Source: Octopus vulgaris
Taxonomy: Eukaryota
Reading direction: 5' to 3'
Assembly: GCA_951406725.2 (NCBI GenBank)
Contig: OX597817.1
Location: 135,656,001 to 135,720,000, forward strand
DNA length: 64,000 nucleotides
The translations under genes and the position numbers were made by a program. This document shows, in pieces, positions 1 to 13,534 of the stretch (position 1 is the stretch's first letter; each line of letters opens with the position of its first letter). The notes beneath the pieces were generated by a model that worked only from the letters and a program-made list of their open reading frames with translations, was not told where the DNA came from and did not search any database.

Positions 1-25
1 TATATATATATATATATATATATAT

Positions 26-1065
26 CATCATCATCATCGTTTAACGTTCGCTTTCCATGCTAGCATGGGTTGGGCGATTTGACAGGTCTGGAGAACCAGA
101 TGGCTGCAGCAGACTCCAATCTGATCTGGCAGAGTTTCTACAGCTGGATGCCTTTCCTAACGTCAACCACTCCGAGGGCCACGCTCAAATGGTGCTTTTC
201 AGGTGCCACCTGCACAGGAGCCAGTCCAGCGGCACTGGCAATGACCTCACTCAAATGTTTTTTCAAGTGCCAGTAAGCTGATGCAGGTAACGATCATGCT
301 CGGATGGTGTTTTTCACATGCCACTGGCATGGAGGCCAGCTTGATGATCTGGCAAAGATCACGCTCGTGTGGTACTCTTAGCACTCCACTAGTACATATG
401 CCAGTCGCCGAATTTGATTTCAATTTCAATTTCGATTTCGATTTCACTTGCCTCAACAGGTCTTCGCAAACAGAGTTTAGTGTTCAATGAAGGAAGGATA
501 TGCATAAGTGGACTGGTTACACCCCTAGCATATGCCATGAGGTTATGGTTTCATTTGGTTTGTTGAGTCTTCTCAAGCACAGCATATTTCCAAAGGTCCC
601 AGTCACTAGTCATTGCCTAGGTGAGGCCCAATGTTTGAAGGTCATGCTTCACCACCTCATCCCAGGTCTTCCTGGGTCTACCTCTTCTACAGGTTCCCTC
701 AACCGCTTGGGTCTGGTACTTTTTCACACAGCTATCCACATCCATTCTTACCACATGGCCATACCAGCGCAGTCGTCTCTCTTGCACACCACATCTGATG
801 CTTCTCAGGTCCAACTTTTCTCACAAGGTACTAACACTCTGTCGAGTATGCACACTGACATTACATATTCATCGGAGCATACTGGCTTCATTCCTTGTGA
901 GCTTACGCATGTCCTCAGCAGTCATGGCCCATGTTTCACTGCCATGTAGCATGGCTGTTCATACACATGCGTCATACAATCTGCCTTTTACTCTGAGCGA
1001 GAGGCACTTTGTCGCCAGTAGAGGTAAGAGCTCTCTGAACTTTGCTCAGGCTATTCTTATTCTAG
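26..1065 (-). mobile_element. 5'-truncated RTE-clade LINE: RT C-terminus, 3' UTR with ~60-bp subrepeats, (GAT)n tail
   Basis: Minus-strand peptide ...RRLRWYGHVVRMD...GRPRKTWDEVVKHDL (ORF 617-814), typical of the RTE ORF C-terminus. It runs into the abundant repeat ending ccatgctagcatggaaagcgaacgttaaac(gat)n. Confidence 0.85.
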
Positions 1066-1783
1066 CAGCTAAAATCAAGTTGTTGGATCAGGTAATGAAG
1101 GTCACGGAGAGGGTCATAGCTCAACTAATTAGGGAGAGAGTCAATTTTGATGAGATGCAGTTTGGTTTCATGTCAGGGAAAAGCACCACTGATGCTCTAT
1201 TTCTGGTAAGACAGCTGCAGGAGAAATACCTAGCCAAAGATAAACCTCTGTACCTGGCTTTTGTTGACATGGAGAAAACCTTTGACAGAGTCCCCCAATA
1301 CCTTATCTGGTGGTCAACTAAACTTCTTTGGTCACTAAACTCTGCTTGCGAAGACCTGTTGGGCAAGTGAAATCAAAATCAAATTTGATGACTGGCATCC
1401 ATGCTAGTGGGGTGCAAAGAGCACCATCCCAGCGTGATCATTGCCAGAGCAGCTAACTGGCTTCTGTGCCGGTGACACATAAAAGAGCACCATTCGAGCA
1501 TGATCATTACCAATGTCACCTTACTGGCACCTGTGCCAGTGGCATGTGTAAAAAAGATTCGAATGAGGTCATTGCCAGTACTGCCTGACTGGCCCCGTGC
1601 CGGTGGCATGTAAAAAGCACCCACTACACTCTTGGAGTGATTGGCATTAGGAAGGGCATCAAGCTGTAGAAACTCTGCCAGATCAAGATTGGAGTCTGGT
1701 TCGCTAGCCCTCAGTCAAAATCATCCAACCCATGCTAGCATGGAAAGCGGACATTAAACGATGATGATGATGATGATGATGAT
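1066..1783 (+). mobile_element. RTE LINE fragment: RT core segment joined to 3' UTR and (GAT)n tail
   Basis: QFGFMSGKSTTDALFLVRQLQEKYLAKDKPLYLAFVDMEKTFDRVP is a non-LTR RT motif block. 1330-1783 is the reverse-complement relative of 26-482. Confidence 0.85.
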
Positions 1784-1814
1784 GTATATATATGTATGTA
1801 TATTCTTTTACATA

Positions 1815-2068
1815 TTTCAGTCATTTGACTGCAGCCATGCAGAGCACTGCCTTAAAGTGTTTTTTAGTTGAAGAAATCGACCCCAGGAGTTATTCTTTGT
1901 AAGCATAGTACTTATTATATCAGTGTCTCTTTTGCCAACTGTTAAGTTACGGGGACATAAACATGCCACCATCGGCTGTCAAGGGATGGTGGTGGGGACA
2001 AACACAGACACAAAGATATAGACACACACACATAAATACATATAAATATATGTGTGTGTGTGTGTGTG

Positions 2069-2146
<78 letters not shown>

Positions 2147-2229
2147 GTGTAAAATTATTAATCTTCGGATTTAAAAAAAATATGCTAGGCCACTGGTTTT
2201 AATTGATTAATATCAATTTCTATCCTTAT

Positions 2230-2268
<39 letters not shown>

Positions 2269-2410
2269 AGGCTTCTTTTCAGTTTCTGTCTATCAAATCC
2301 ACTCACAAGGCTTTGGCCAGCTCAAAAGACACTTGTACAAGGTGCCACGTAGTGAGACTGAACCCAGAGTCATGTGGTTGGGAAGCAAACTTCTTACCAC
2401 ACAGCCACTG
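1815..2410 (-). mobile_element. tRNA-derived SINE (family of 10316-10715) interrupted by microsatellite
   Basis: Reverse complement of the head (gtggtaagaagtttgcttcccaaccacatg) and tail (catggctgcagtcaaatgactgaaa) seen at 10316. Confidence 0.75.
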
Positions 2411-4454
2411 TGTCCATTTTCCATGCTGGCATGGGTTGGACATAATTTACATTTAATAGTTTGATATATAAAATTCTATAGACTTTATTTGATCCTTTTC
2501 CAGCCTTACTACAGTTCAGCTTGAACCCTCTGCTTACATTCTACTTTTGTTGTCTCCTTTTTGAGATTGGTATTTTGTTTGCCTAACACTTTCCTCAAAA
2601 TTCACCAAATCCATCTATATTTTATGAAAAATCTCCCAATACATAAATTTTAATAAGGCCATTAAATGAAACAAAAATTGATTTAGAGGAAGTATTTATC
2701 TACCAAAAGACATAATTCATAACAGACATCTGATATCATGCACAATCACTGACAGGCAAGGTTTTGTGGTTTTTGGCTGAGAGAAAATCTCTTACAGATG
2801 TGTTGTGTTAAAAACATAGTATGTATGTGTTATATACACTGAAGGCAGATGAAGAATGATCCTGGTAGCAATAAACAAAGAACATCAGAAGTATTTTGGC
2901 TTTCTTGGGCCTTGCCAATGGTGTGTACCCACAGTCAGATGTCTGAACAAAAGCTTTTGCCTCCAATATATAGGAAATAGTGAATAATGCATTCACTGAT
3001 GTTGCAAATAGCCACTGGGCTGAAAAAATAGTAATTGTATGCAATTGAAGCAGCATTTAATTAAAATAACCATTTATGTATTATACTTAATATGTTACCT
3101 TCTCTTAGAATAGGAACTTGTTATTTTCGGTCACAATGTGCCCTCCATGCTCACTCAAGAAAGAATTACAAAACGAAATGCCAAATTGTTAAATGAATTG
3201 CCAAAATGTTTTAGATACAGTGGAGAAATTTTGAAAGCTGAATGTATGAATCTAAGTCAAAAGACCTAGAAATGGCAATTTGCAAAACTAAGATGCAATT
3301 TATATCCTGTTATTCTAAAAGCATCAGGAAAAAATGGCTCTGCTTAAGCCATTGCAGAAAGAAGCAGGGAATAAAATCAATAGTTGACATGCAGTGTAAT
3401 GATGGGAAGAGGTGGTGGTGGTAGAATCTTTGTGTGGAATGAAAGACCATTTTAAGTCTATCATTTGATGAGACAGTGTGTTACAATAGACCAAATATAA
3501 TGGCTTATTGCTAAGATGGCTCGTTTGATGTAGTAAATACAATCTACTTCCATGGTAACTTAATTAATTATGAAAGATGATACAATAACATTACAGAATC
3601 TAGAGCATGGAGTCAGACAAAGAAATTAGAGGAATTATCGTTTTGCTTTTTTGTTTGTTTTTATTTTTGTAACAAAGAGATTAGCTTCCTATACAAAGAA
3701 CAACAGTGCTGTGTAAACACATGAAAATGGTACTGCCATGGTTTCTATTACTAGAGTACTATTCCCTCAATATCTATAGAAATAATGAAACAGTGACCGA
3801 GCAGAATTGCTCACACACCAGATGAGATGCTACTTTACATTCTGAGTTCAAATACTGCAAAGGTCCACTTTGTCTTTCATCCTCTTGGGGTCAATAAAAT
3901 AAGTACCAGCTGAGCACTGAGATCAATGTGACCAACTTACCAACTCTGCAAAAAATTGCTGGCCTTGTGCTAAAATTCCAAACCAATTTCTATGGAAATA
4001 ATTCCATTCTACTTTGATGTTTGTAATATTATACACAGAACCATTTTCCAAGGAAATTCTATGTAATGGCTAATTAAAACACTTTATATAAAAATGGTTT
4101 GTATCTTGCATTTGGCACCATGGTATGTCTATGAACAGAACATTTCATTCTTAACCCTTTTCATAAATTTGTCCTGAACATTCATGTTAGGACGAAAGTA
4201 TAATGAAGGGTGTCTACTCCATTTTGAGAAGTCTCTGTATAAGTGTGTGTGTGTGAGTGTGTGTTTGTCTCCTCTCCAACACTGTTTGACAACCGGTGAT
4301 GGTATGTTTATGTCCCTGTAACTTAACAGTTCAGCAGAAGTGACTGATAGAATAAGTACCAGACTTAAAAAATGTTTCTCCAAGGAGGTGCTCCAGCATG
4401 GCTGCAGTCTAATGACTGAAACAAGTAAAATATAAAAGATAGCATAAATACCAA

Positions 4455-4819
4455 TTTCACGGCACGTTAAGCACACCATTCGAGCGTGATCGTTACCATG
4501 TCACCTTACTAGCACTTGTGCTGGTGGCATGTGAAATATTCGAGCGAGGTCGTCTCCAGTGCCGCTAGACTGGCTCCTGTGCAGGTGGCACGTAAAAAAC
4601 ACCATTTGGGCATGGCCGTTGCCAGTACCACCAAACTGGCCCTCATGCCGGTGGCATGTAAAAGCACCCACTACACTTACAGAGTGGTTGGCATTAGGAA
4701 GGGCATCCAGCTGTAGAAACTCTGCCAGATCAGATTGGAGTCTGGTTCGCCAGACCCCAGTCAAATCGTCCAACCCATGCTAGCATGGAAAGTGGATGTT
4801 AAATGATGATGATGATGAT
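4455..4819 (+). mobile_element. RTE 3'-UTR fragment with (GAT)n tail
   Basis: Same sequence family as 1330-1783. Confidence 0.8.
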
Positions 4820-5149
4820 CTCTACTGTAGCTGCTTCACTCAAAGGCAATGTAGTTTTACGAGGTACCTGGCAACTTCTCTGGTGCTGGTGCCATGAAGA
4901 ATACATCCAGCCCATGCTGTAAAGTGGTTGGCATTAGGAAGGGCATCCAGTCATTAGAAAGTATGCCAAAGTAGGCAGTGGAGTACAATACAGTCCCTGG
5001 ACTCATTAGATCTTGTCAAACCATCCAACTCATGCTTGCCTAGAAATATAGATGTTAAATGATGATGATGATGATGTCCCTGTACATTCTGATTTTAAAC
5101 TCTGTTTTTCAGTTCCCTGCCGTTCAAAAAATGAATACCAGTTGTTTAT

Positions 5150-5560
5150 TCTTTTCTACTCTTGGCACAAGGCCTGAAATTTTGGGGGAGGGGGGCAGTT
5201 AATTAGATCTAGTATGCAACCAGCTGGTACTTAATTTATTGACCCTGAGAGGATGAAAGGCAAAGTCGACTTTGGCGGAATTTGAACTCAGAATGTAAGC
5301 ACAGATGAAATATTGCTTAGCATTTCGCCCAGTGTGCTAATGATTCTTTTCTACTAGGGCACAAGGCCCAAAATTTTGGGGGAGGGGGCCAGTTGATTTG
5401 ATTGACAACAGTACGCAACCGGTACTTAATTTATCGACCCCGAAAAGATGAAAGGCAAAGTTGACCTTGGTGGAATTTGAACTCAGGATGTAAAGACAGA
5501 CGAAATACTACTAAACATTTTGCCCATCGTGCTAACGTTTCTGTCAGCTCACTGCCTTAC
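5150..5560 (-). mobile_element. tRNA-derived SINE, tandem dimer (Meta-domain-like body)
   Basis: Two successive copies of ggtacttaatttatcgaccccgaaaggatgaaaggcaaagtcgac plus B-box complement atttgaactc. Confidence 0.75.
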
Positions 5561-6022
5561 CAGTCATTTATTGGAAAAAAACCCCAAAAAAACTGAAATG
5601 ACATCATGCTTTCCCTAAACATTTGTGATATTGTGCAACTGTAAAAAATGAATTTAGAATTTAAACCTTTTCAATCATGTATTAATTTAAGTTCCACATT
5701 TGTCTTCTCCAGTCTTTCTTGACATGAATTCATTGAAATAATGACATTTTTAAATGAAAAGAACTGGAGTGCGATTTATGCATGGGGCAAAGCTAAAACT
5801 GTGACAGGAAAAAAATTTTCTTCCAAGATTGAACACCAAATTGGAGTTATACACAAGTGCACCTGATAAATGAGTAAATATGGTAATTAAACGATTAGGT
5901 TCACAGTATCAAGGTTTTTTTGATTTAAAGAAAATATAGTGTCATAAAGAAATATAGTTACAAAACGGCATAATTTAAAGAAAATATAGTTACATTTAGG
6001 CATACCTACATAACTGTGACCA

Positions 6023-6421
6023 ACTTTGTTTCCTCATAACTTTCTGAAAAATCGAATTTTTTAAATAAATTTTTTTACAATTATGTTTTAGATGGTATAG
6101 ATTCTGTTTATATCAGAATTTACGGGAAAAAAAAAGTTTTCCAGGAGTGGGAAAAGGAATTTTGGAAAATTTTCTCATAACTTTCAGAAAATTGGGTATT
6201 TTTTAAATGAAATTTTCTGCAAATGTCTTTCAGTTTGTGTAGATTACATTTATATCAGAATTTGATACGGAAAAAAAAAAAAGAAGAAAAAACGATGGGC
6301 AGGCACTCATAAATACTGACACATAGCAATTTTTTTTTCGAAATTTCAAGTTTCATTTATATGTGATGTGTGTCAGTATGAACGTGTGTGCGCCTAGCAA
6401 TTATTATTATTATTATTATTG

Positions 6422-6480
<59 letters not shown>

Positions 6481-6509
6481 GTTATTATTATTATTATTAT
6501 CATCATCAC

Positions 6510-6544
<35 letters not shown>

Positions 6545-6835
6545 CCATCATCACCATCATCATTATTATTTTAATATCAACCTCCAATATAATTGTAATC
6601 TACACACTCTGAAAGGTAATTGTAGAAAATTCCATTAAGGATACCCAGTTTTCTGTAAGTTATGAGAAAACAAAGGCAACACGTGTAAATTTTTGCGAAA
6701 CTTCTCTCCCAGGCCTCAGAAAACAATTTCCACAACAAATTCCGATATAATCGGAATCTATACCATCTGAAGGGATTTACAGAAATTTTTATATTAAAAA
6801 TATCCATTTTTCTGAAAGTTATGAGGAAACAAAGT
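6023..6835. mobile_element. Inverted-repeat-bounded non-autonomous element with central (ATT)n/(CAT)n tract
   Basis: actttgtttcctcataactttctgaaaaat at 6023 mirrors atttttctgaaagttatgaggaaacaaagt ending 6835. An inner pair (6172, 6650) repeats the motif. Confidence 0.6.
6400..6570. repeat. Compound (ATT)n-(CAT)n microsatellite
   Basis: Direct reading. Confidence 0.95.
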
Positions 6836-9188
6836 CTGCGGGGTGCACACTACACTTGATCATTTTACGTCTTTGCTTTTATCAGCAAATCTGCTTGTTG
6901 ATTGAATAAGTCAGATAACTACTTTTATCCGAGTGACAACGAAATATCATCTTGTGCCTACCACCTCCCACTCATTATCGTCAACAATTGGCAGCTTGTT
7001 GTCTGCTACTTTCCAATGATGGTACCAGGCAGATATCTTTAAAGAATTACTTCTCTCTCATCAGCAATCTGCATCTTGTAGGTCGATCGTTCCGTGAGAT
7101 ATTATTCTCCCAGGTAATGTCTATACAAAACGTTAATTATTTATAAACCTTTAATAGTATCATTAAATTTATCTCAGTTTGAATATCTGATTTCTCACAG
7201 CTTCTCAACTAATCTTAAGTTATATATAGATTCTGTTCGTTAGCAATCTAATTTACACACACGCACTTATACGCACACACTTGCATGCATTCAATGCATG
7301 CATGCATACATACATACATACATACATACATACACACACACTCACTCACACACATACACGCGCGGGCGCAAGCACACACACACACACAGATAATCCTTTC
7401 TACTATAGGCACAAGGCCTGAAATCTTGCGAAGGGGAATAGTCGATTACATTGACCCCAATTACTCAACTGGTACTTAATTTATCGACCCCGAAACGATG
7501 GAAGGTAAAGTCGACTTCGGGCGGAACACACACAAAGATAATGTTGAAAAATAGAGTAGGGTTTTTTATATTTTCAAATATTTACTAATTGACACAATTT
7601 TCGTATATTTTTCCGTAAATATAAATAAACTATAACAAAAATAAAAATATATATATAAATAGTCTTGAGTGCCACTTTCTTCATTGGTAACATTTTTCTA
7701 GAATATTCAGAAGCTTTTCAGGTCTCTCTCACACCTGAATTTAATATCTCTGGTACCAACTTCCATTATAGGAGTCAACGAGTCTCTCTACAGAGTCATC
7801 TTGCTAGAAACAACAGCTAAACCTTCCATAAAGGACACACTACCGTCTTAAAATAACGAAGGACACATTAGGTAATGTAATCTGAGATACACATGAAAGG
7901 ACGGTATCTTTGATCATGGTATTCTCGATCAGGACGAACCTAGGGCTAAACAATAATTGCAATTACTCGTTATATTTGAAAGATAGAGAAACGATGTATC
8001 ATGGGTAGGATAACCCGGGTTTTACTTTGTAATTAAAAAGAAATTTATTAAAGCAGTCGTCACTAAGGAAAGGGTTGTTATATTCCTGTTTAGAGGTCTG
8101 CATCTGCTACTAATTGGATTTAGTTTCGTATTTACTAATTGTCAACAGATGCGTTGTTTAACAACATTGTTGAGAGATAACAGGGTCGCTGGTATATGAC
8201 CGGTAAGCAACCTCGAAATCATCTTTTCTTTTATGTTTTTCAACGATGACCATTATTCTAATACCATTGACATCATATATATATATATATATATAGACAC
8301 CACACACACTGTCACACTTGATTTATTGTTTTGTTGCATTTACTATTATTATTATTACAACAATATTTAAATCTATGAAGTGAATTTATTTCATCTATCA
8401 TTTACATAACAGCATATTTCGATGTAGTTATTATTTTGTTTCTTGCCTTTATGCGATGAATACAACAATGTTTTTAAAACAAATATTGTCATTTCTTGTT
8501 TCAAATTTCGACTACAGATCTTAATATCTTAAAAAATTGACTCATGTTTTTGATTTCTTACCTTAAATAATCAACCCATTTCCCCATCTGTCCTGAAATT
8601 AAAATAATTTACTATCTTCCTTTTCCTAAAATTATCAGCATTTTTCAGTTCTAGGCCCCAAAATTTATTTTGGAAAACAAAAAGTCTTGACATTTAAAAT
8701 TATTTATCCTTATAGAAAATGACTTCCTCCTTATTACGATTAAGGAAAAATTGTTTTAAATAGATAAAAAAATAACAGTTTTAAATATTGTTGTGTATGT
8801 TCATTTTCTTCTTTTCCGCAAAAATAATTCTGATATGAAGAAGCATTAATCCATTCATTGCATAAAAAAAAATGATGTTTGTATACTGTTTACATGAATT
8901 TTACTCATTTATAAAACATCAACAGTTTTCTTAATTCTTCTCTAAGAATGTTTTTCTGTTTTTTTTAAAAAATCTTTGCTATGAAATATCAAAGTTGTGC
9001 ATTAAAGATTATATATTTAATAATATATATTCATTTATGGGTAAATTAAAACGTCCGAGGCTTTTTTTTTCTTAGTGAAACTCGCGCGGGTGTTCTTCCC
9101 AAAATTTACTCATTTATGTTTGTATTATTATGTAAATATGTATTCGATCAACAGCCGCACTCTGTGCGTCCATAGGGTCTGTAATGTC

Positions 9189-9604
9189 TATTTCTTTACT
9201 ACCCACAAGGGGCTAAACACAGAGGGAACAAACAAGGACAGACAGGCGGATTAAGTCGATTACATCGACCCCAGTGCGTAACTAGTACTTATTTAATCGA
9301 CCCCGAAAGGATGAAAGGCAAAGTCGACCTCGGCGGAATTTGAACCCAGAACGTAACGGCAGACGAAATACCTATTTCTTTATTACTCACAAGGGGCTAA
9401 ACATAGAGGGGACAAACAAAGACAGACATAGTATTAAGTCGATTAACCGACCTAGTGCGTAACTGGTACTTAATTTATCGACTCCGAAAGGATGAAAGGC
9501 AAAGTCGACCTCGGCGGAATTTGAACTCACAACGTTGCGACAGACGAAATACCGCTAAGCATTTCGCCCGGCGTGCTAACGATTCAGCCAGCTCGCCGCC
9601 TTTC
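9189..9604 (-). mobile_element. tRNA-derived SINE dimer with 14-bp target-site duplication
   Basis: TSD gggtctgtaatgtc at 9175-9188 and 9605-9618. Head with B box gagttcaaattcc on minus; body and tail duplicated. Confidence 0.9.
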
Positions 9605-10104
9605 GGGTCTGTAATGTCGTTGTCTTGTTAATGTTATTCTGATGTTTCATGCGTTTTGCATGCTTGTACGTAGTCAATAGTACTCAAAACAGGGGTCGAC
9701 AAACTTCTTGTATATCATGAAATCGTCGATAACTTATCGACCACATAGACACCTTCAGGGGTCAATAGCGATCACTTTGCCTACCCCTTACTTAGAGTGA
9801 TTATCACCAGTTGGATATTAGTAAAAATTTCATGATGGCGAATAACGTTGGAAAACCCCGATTCTCCTTTATAACAGCCATTTGAAGGTTTGTATTTACT
9901 GTTATGAACACAACTGGTGACGACATCCAACATCGTTAAGAAGTGAAGAACAAATATTTTACTAATACGGTTTAACTGAAAACTGCTCATAGATAACCCT
10001 CGAAATGGTTCACCCTAAATTCGTTGTGTTATGTGGCATTAAAAGAATGATAATACCGAAAGCGGTGTCTTAATTTTATTTATTTATTCTTTTCTTTTTT
10101 CAGA

Positions 10105-10236
10105 ATGTCTATGTCAGGGATTCGATCATGGCTCAAGTCTTGGATGCCTGGGGATTCTACAAGGGGCCCACTTGAAAAAGACTGGCAGTTAGTTGTTACA
10201 GATTCCCTAATTTTGGAGTTGGAAACCCAACTAAGG
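10105..10236 (+). CDS. RD3: RD3-family protein, coding exon 1 (MSMSGIRSWLKSW...TDSLILELETQLR)
   Basis: Acceptor ttttttcag at 10103, ATG 10105, donor gtgagt at 10237, 44 codons, phase 0. LILELETQLR parallels vertebrate RD3 LMMELTGQMR. Confidence 0.85.
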
Positions 10237-10315
10237 GTGAGTACGCTCACATTCTGCTCAACCGCCTTTATTTTCTTTGATTAAAACTGACCATTTTAAA
10301 ATGTTCACAACTATA

Positions 10316-10715
10316 GGCGCAGGAGTGGCTGTGTGGTAAGTAGCTTGCTAACCAACCACATGGTTCCGGGTTCAGTCCCACTGCGTGGCATCTTGGGCAA
10401 GTGTCTTCTGCTATAGCCCCGGGCCGACCAATGCCTTGTGAGTGGATTTGGTAGACGGAAACTGAAAGAAGCCTGTCGTATATATATATACATATATATG
10501 TGTGTGTATATGTTTGTGTGTCTGTGTTTGTCCCCCTAGCATTGCTTGACAACCGATGCTGGTGTGTTTACGTCCCCGTTACTTAGCGGTTCGGCAAAAC
10601 AGACCGATAGAATAAGTACTGGGCTTACAAAGAATAAGTCCCGGGGTCGATTTGCTCGACTAAAGGCGGTGCTCCAGCATGGCCGCTATCAAATGACTGA
10701 AACAAGTAAAAGAGT
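10316..10715 (+). mobile_element. Full-length tRNA-derived SINE (CORE-like ttgggcaagtg segment) in RD3 intron
   Basis: A box tggctgtgtgg, B box gggttcagtccc, internal (TA)/(TG) tract, tail aagtaaaagagta. Several other copies in the window. Confidence 0.85.
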
Positions 10716-11065
10716 AATATTAAAACCTTCCATCATGTAAGACCCTATTAAATTTTATTCCAAGAATAACGAGAAGTTAATTAACTTGCTAAATCTCTCC
10801 AATTTCTTGATTCATCATTACCATCATCAACAACAATAATTAAACATCTGTTTTCCATGCTGGCATGGGTTGGACAGTTTGACAGGATATGGTAAGCTAC
10901 AGGGCTGGACTAAGCCCCAAGTGTCAGCTTTAGCATGTTTTCTGTGGTTGGGTGTTCTTTGTAATGCCAACCACTTTATATTGTATGCTGAGTACTTTTT
11001 TTGTGCCGCTGGCAGTAAGGAGGCTGCCATGTATATTACAAGACAGGAAAATTACAAGAAATAGG

Positions 11066-12138
11066 GGTGATCTTTCGATACTAGTAACATAACTGTCACT
11101 TATAAACCATGTGGGTTTATTTACATTTCTGAAGATATATATATGTACATACATACACTGCGCACTGTAACCTTTTGAATTAAAGGTACACTCACAAGAT
11201 AAATGTCAACCCAGTGACCCCAGCTCACGATGTCACACAGTGTATGTATCATCATCATCATCATCATCATTTAGCGTCCGTTTTCCATGCTAGTATGGGT
11301 TGGACGGTTCAACTGGGGTCTGTGAAGCTGGAAGGCTTCATCAGGCCCAGTCAGATCTGGCAGTGTTTCTACGGCTGGATGCCCTTCCTAATGCCAACCA
11401 CTCCGTGAGTGTAGTGGGTGCTTTTTACGTGCCACCTGCACAGGTGCCAGACAGAGCTGGCAAAACGGCCACGAATGGATGGTGCTTTTACGTATCAATG
11501 ACACGGGGGCCAGGCGAGGCTGGCAACGGACACGAACGGATGGTGCTTTTACGTGCCACCGACATGGGGGCCAGACAGAGCTGGCAAACGGCCACGAATG
11601 GATGGTGCTTTTACGTGTCACCGGCACGGGGGCCAGGCGAGGCTGGCAATGGACACGAACGGATGGTGCTTTTACGTGCCACCGACACGGGGGCCAGACA
11701 GAGCTGGCAAATGGCCACGAACGGATGGTACTTTTACGTGTCACCGGCTCGGGGGCCAGGCGAGGCTGGCAACGGACACAAACGGATGGTGCTTTTACAT
11801 GCCACCGACACGGGGGCCAGACAGAGCTGGCAAACGGCCACGAACGGTTGGTGCTTTTATGTGTCACCGGCACGGGGGCCAGGCGAGGCTGGCAACGGAC
11901 ACGAACGGATGGTGCTTTTACGTGCCACCGACACGGGGGCCAGACAGAACTGGCAAACGGCCACGAACAGATGGTGCTTTTACGTGTCACCGGCACGGGG
12001 GCCAGGCGAGGCTGGCAACGGACACGAACGGATCGTGCTTTTATGTGCCGTACATATATATATATATATCTTCAGAAATGTAAATAAACCCACGTGGTTT
12101 ATAAGTGACAGTTATGTTACTAGTATCGAAAGATCGCC
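11066..12138. mobile_element. Non-autonomous DNA transposon: ~80-bp TIRs, GG...CC ends, 8-bp TSD
   Basis: TSD gaaatagg at 11058-11065 and 12139-12146. TIR gg(t/c)gatctttcgatactagtaacataactgtcacttataaacca on both ends. Confidence 0.85.
11249..12050 (-). repeat. RTE 3'-UTR fragment with expanded 123-bp (62+61) dimeric tandem array, ~5 copies
   Basis: gccagacagag recurs about every 123 bp from ~11447 to ~11939, alternating with gccaggcgagg units. (GAT)n tail complement at 11249. Confidence 0.9.
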
Positions 12139-13534
12139 GAAATAGGAAAGGAGAAAATCTTGCTTGGCTATGTGGGTGGGTGGGTGTGTGGGAAGATGAC
12201 TTTATTCCACTTAGTGATGGGTTTAAAGTATGATACAGGGACAAGCACAGGTGTCTTGCTGTAGAGAAAAATACCTGGCTACATTGAATATTTATTAATT
12301 AATAAAGTAATTAATTGAAACACCTGTATTATTTCTTTAGAAATACTTTTGAGAAACGGTTGCAATATCTCTTTCTCTCTTTTATGACAAACTGATTCTT
12401 GAAACTGAATTTCCTCTCAGTTTAGTTGCCTGGTGGCAGGTTCTTGGTAATTCTGTGTCGGTAAAGGTTTAAAACTCCAGCATCATGTACCAAGCAGTAA
12501 CTTTCTTATTCATTTAGTTTTAGTGGTCAGGCAGAAACTGATGATTAAAGACAAAAAAAAAAAAAATGCCTATATATGTGAAGAATTATTAGAGTGAAGA
12601 ATTTTGAACTTAAGGTTATATTCTTATTCTGATCCTGCAAGTGCCGCATAGAAAGCACTTGTGCTGGCATCATGTAAAGAAAAGAATACCCGTGCTGGTG
12701 CCATGTTAAAAGCACCCAATGCACACCCTGAAAGGTGATTGGCTTTGGGAAGGACATCCAGTAATAGAAACTATGCCAAAACAGACAATTGAATCCTGAT
12801 GCAGCTCTCTGGCTGGCCAGCTCCTTTAAAAACCATCTAACCCATGCCAGCATGGAAAACAGATGTTAAATGATGATGATGATGATGATGATATTACTAC
12901 TAGATTTAAAATGTTAGCAAATTATATCTATTTAACAATACCTGATGTAAATGTTAGTTGATTGGTTGGTTTCTCTAGTCATGCTTTACATCGTATAGAA
13001 AGGGTAAAAGAGAGATAGAGAGAGGGTTAACATAAGAGGTGCAGGACAAGCACACATACTAGGCTTGTTGGCAGGCAATGAATAAAGGAATGCTAAACAC
13101 ACAGAGTGAGAGAGAAGGAATAACTGAGACAGTGGAAAAGGAAATGGAGTAAATGACAGAGTATTTGTGTGGGAGGTTCAATAAACGAGAAACTTTTTTA
13201 TGTAATTTTATTTTTAAGGTAGTCTATATATTATTACACCTATATACATATATGGAATGCAGGTGCTAAATAAGGATGATATATATAAATTAAAAAAAGC
13301 ATGATAAACACAAGATGCAGTTTATATAGTTTGTTCCCTTACATGTGTTTCACCATTGTGGTTAGTTGCATCCTCTGCAGTGGGTGTTTGAAGTGCAATT
13401 GGATGCTGAACCATAACAGTTCTTCAGGGAACAATTTTATTATTGTATTATGTTTACACAAATCAACTCATCATTGACTGCATTAGCAGTCATAATTCCA
13501 ACTAATTATACACACAATAAATACTATGTATGTA

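Noticed and set aside
7100-8210. Donor-like sites (cag|gtaatg ~7113, cg|gtaagc ~8203) as RD3 5'-UTR exons
   Set aside because: Plausible, but cannot be supported without transcripts.
11300-12145. 281-aa ORF and overlapping 176-202-aa ORFs
   Set aside because: Produced by a stop-free 123-bp tandem repeat. There are no unique spacers, so it is not a CRISPR array either.
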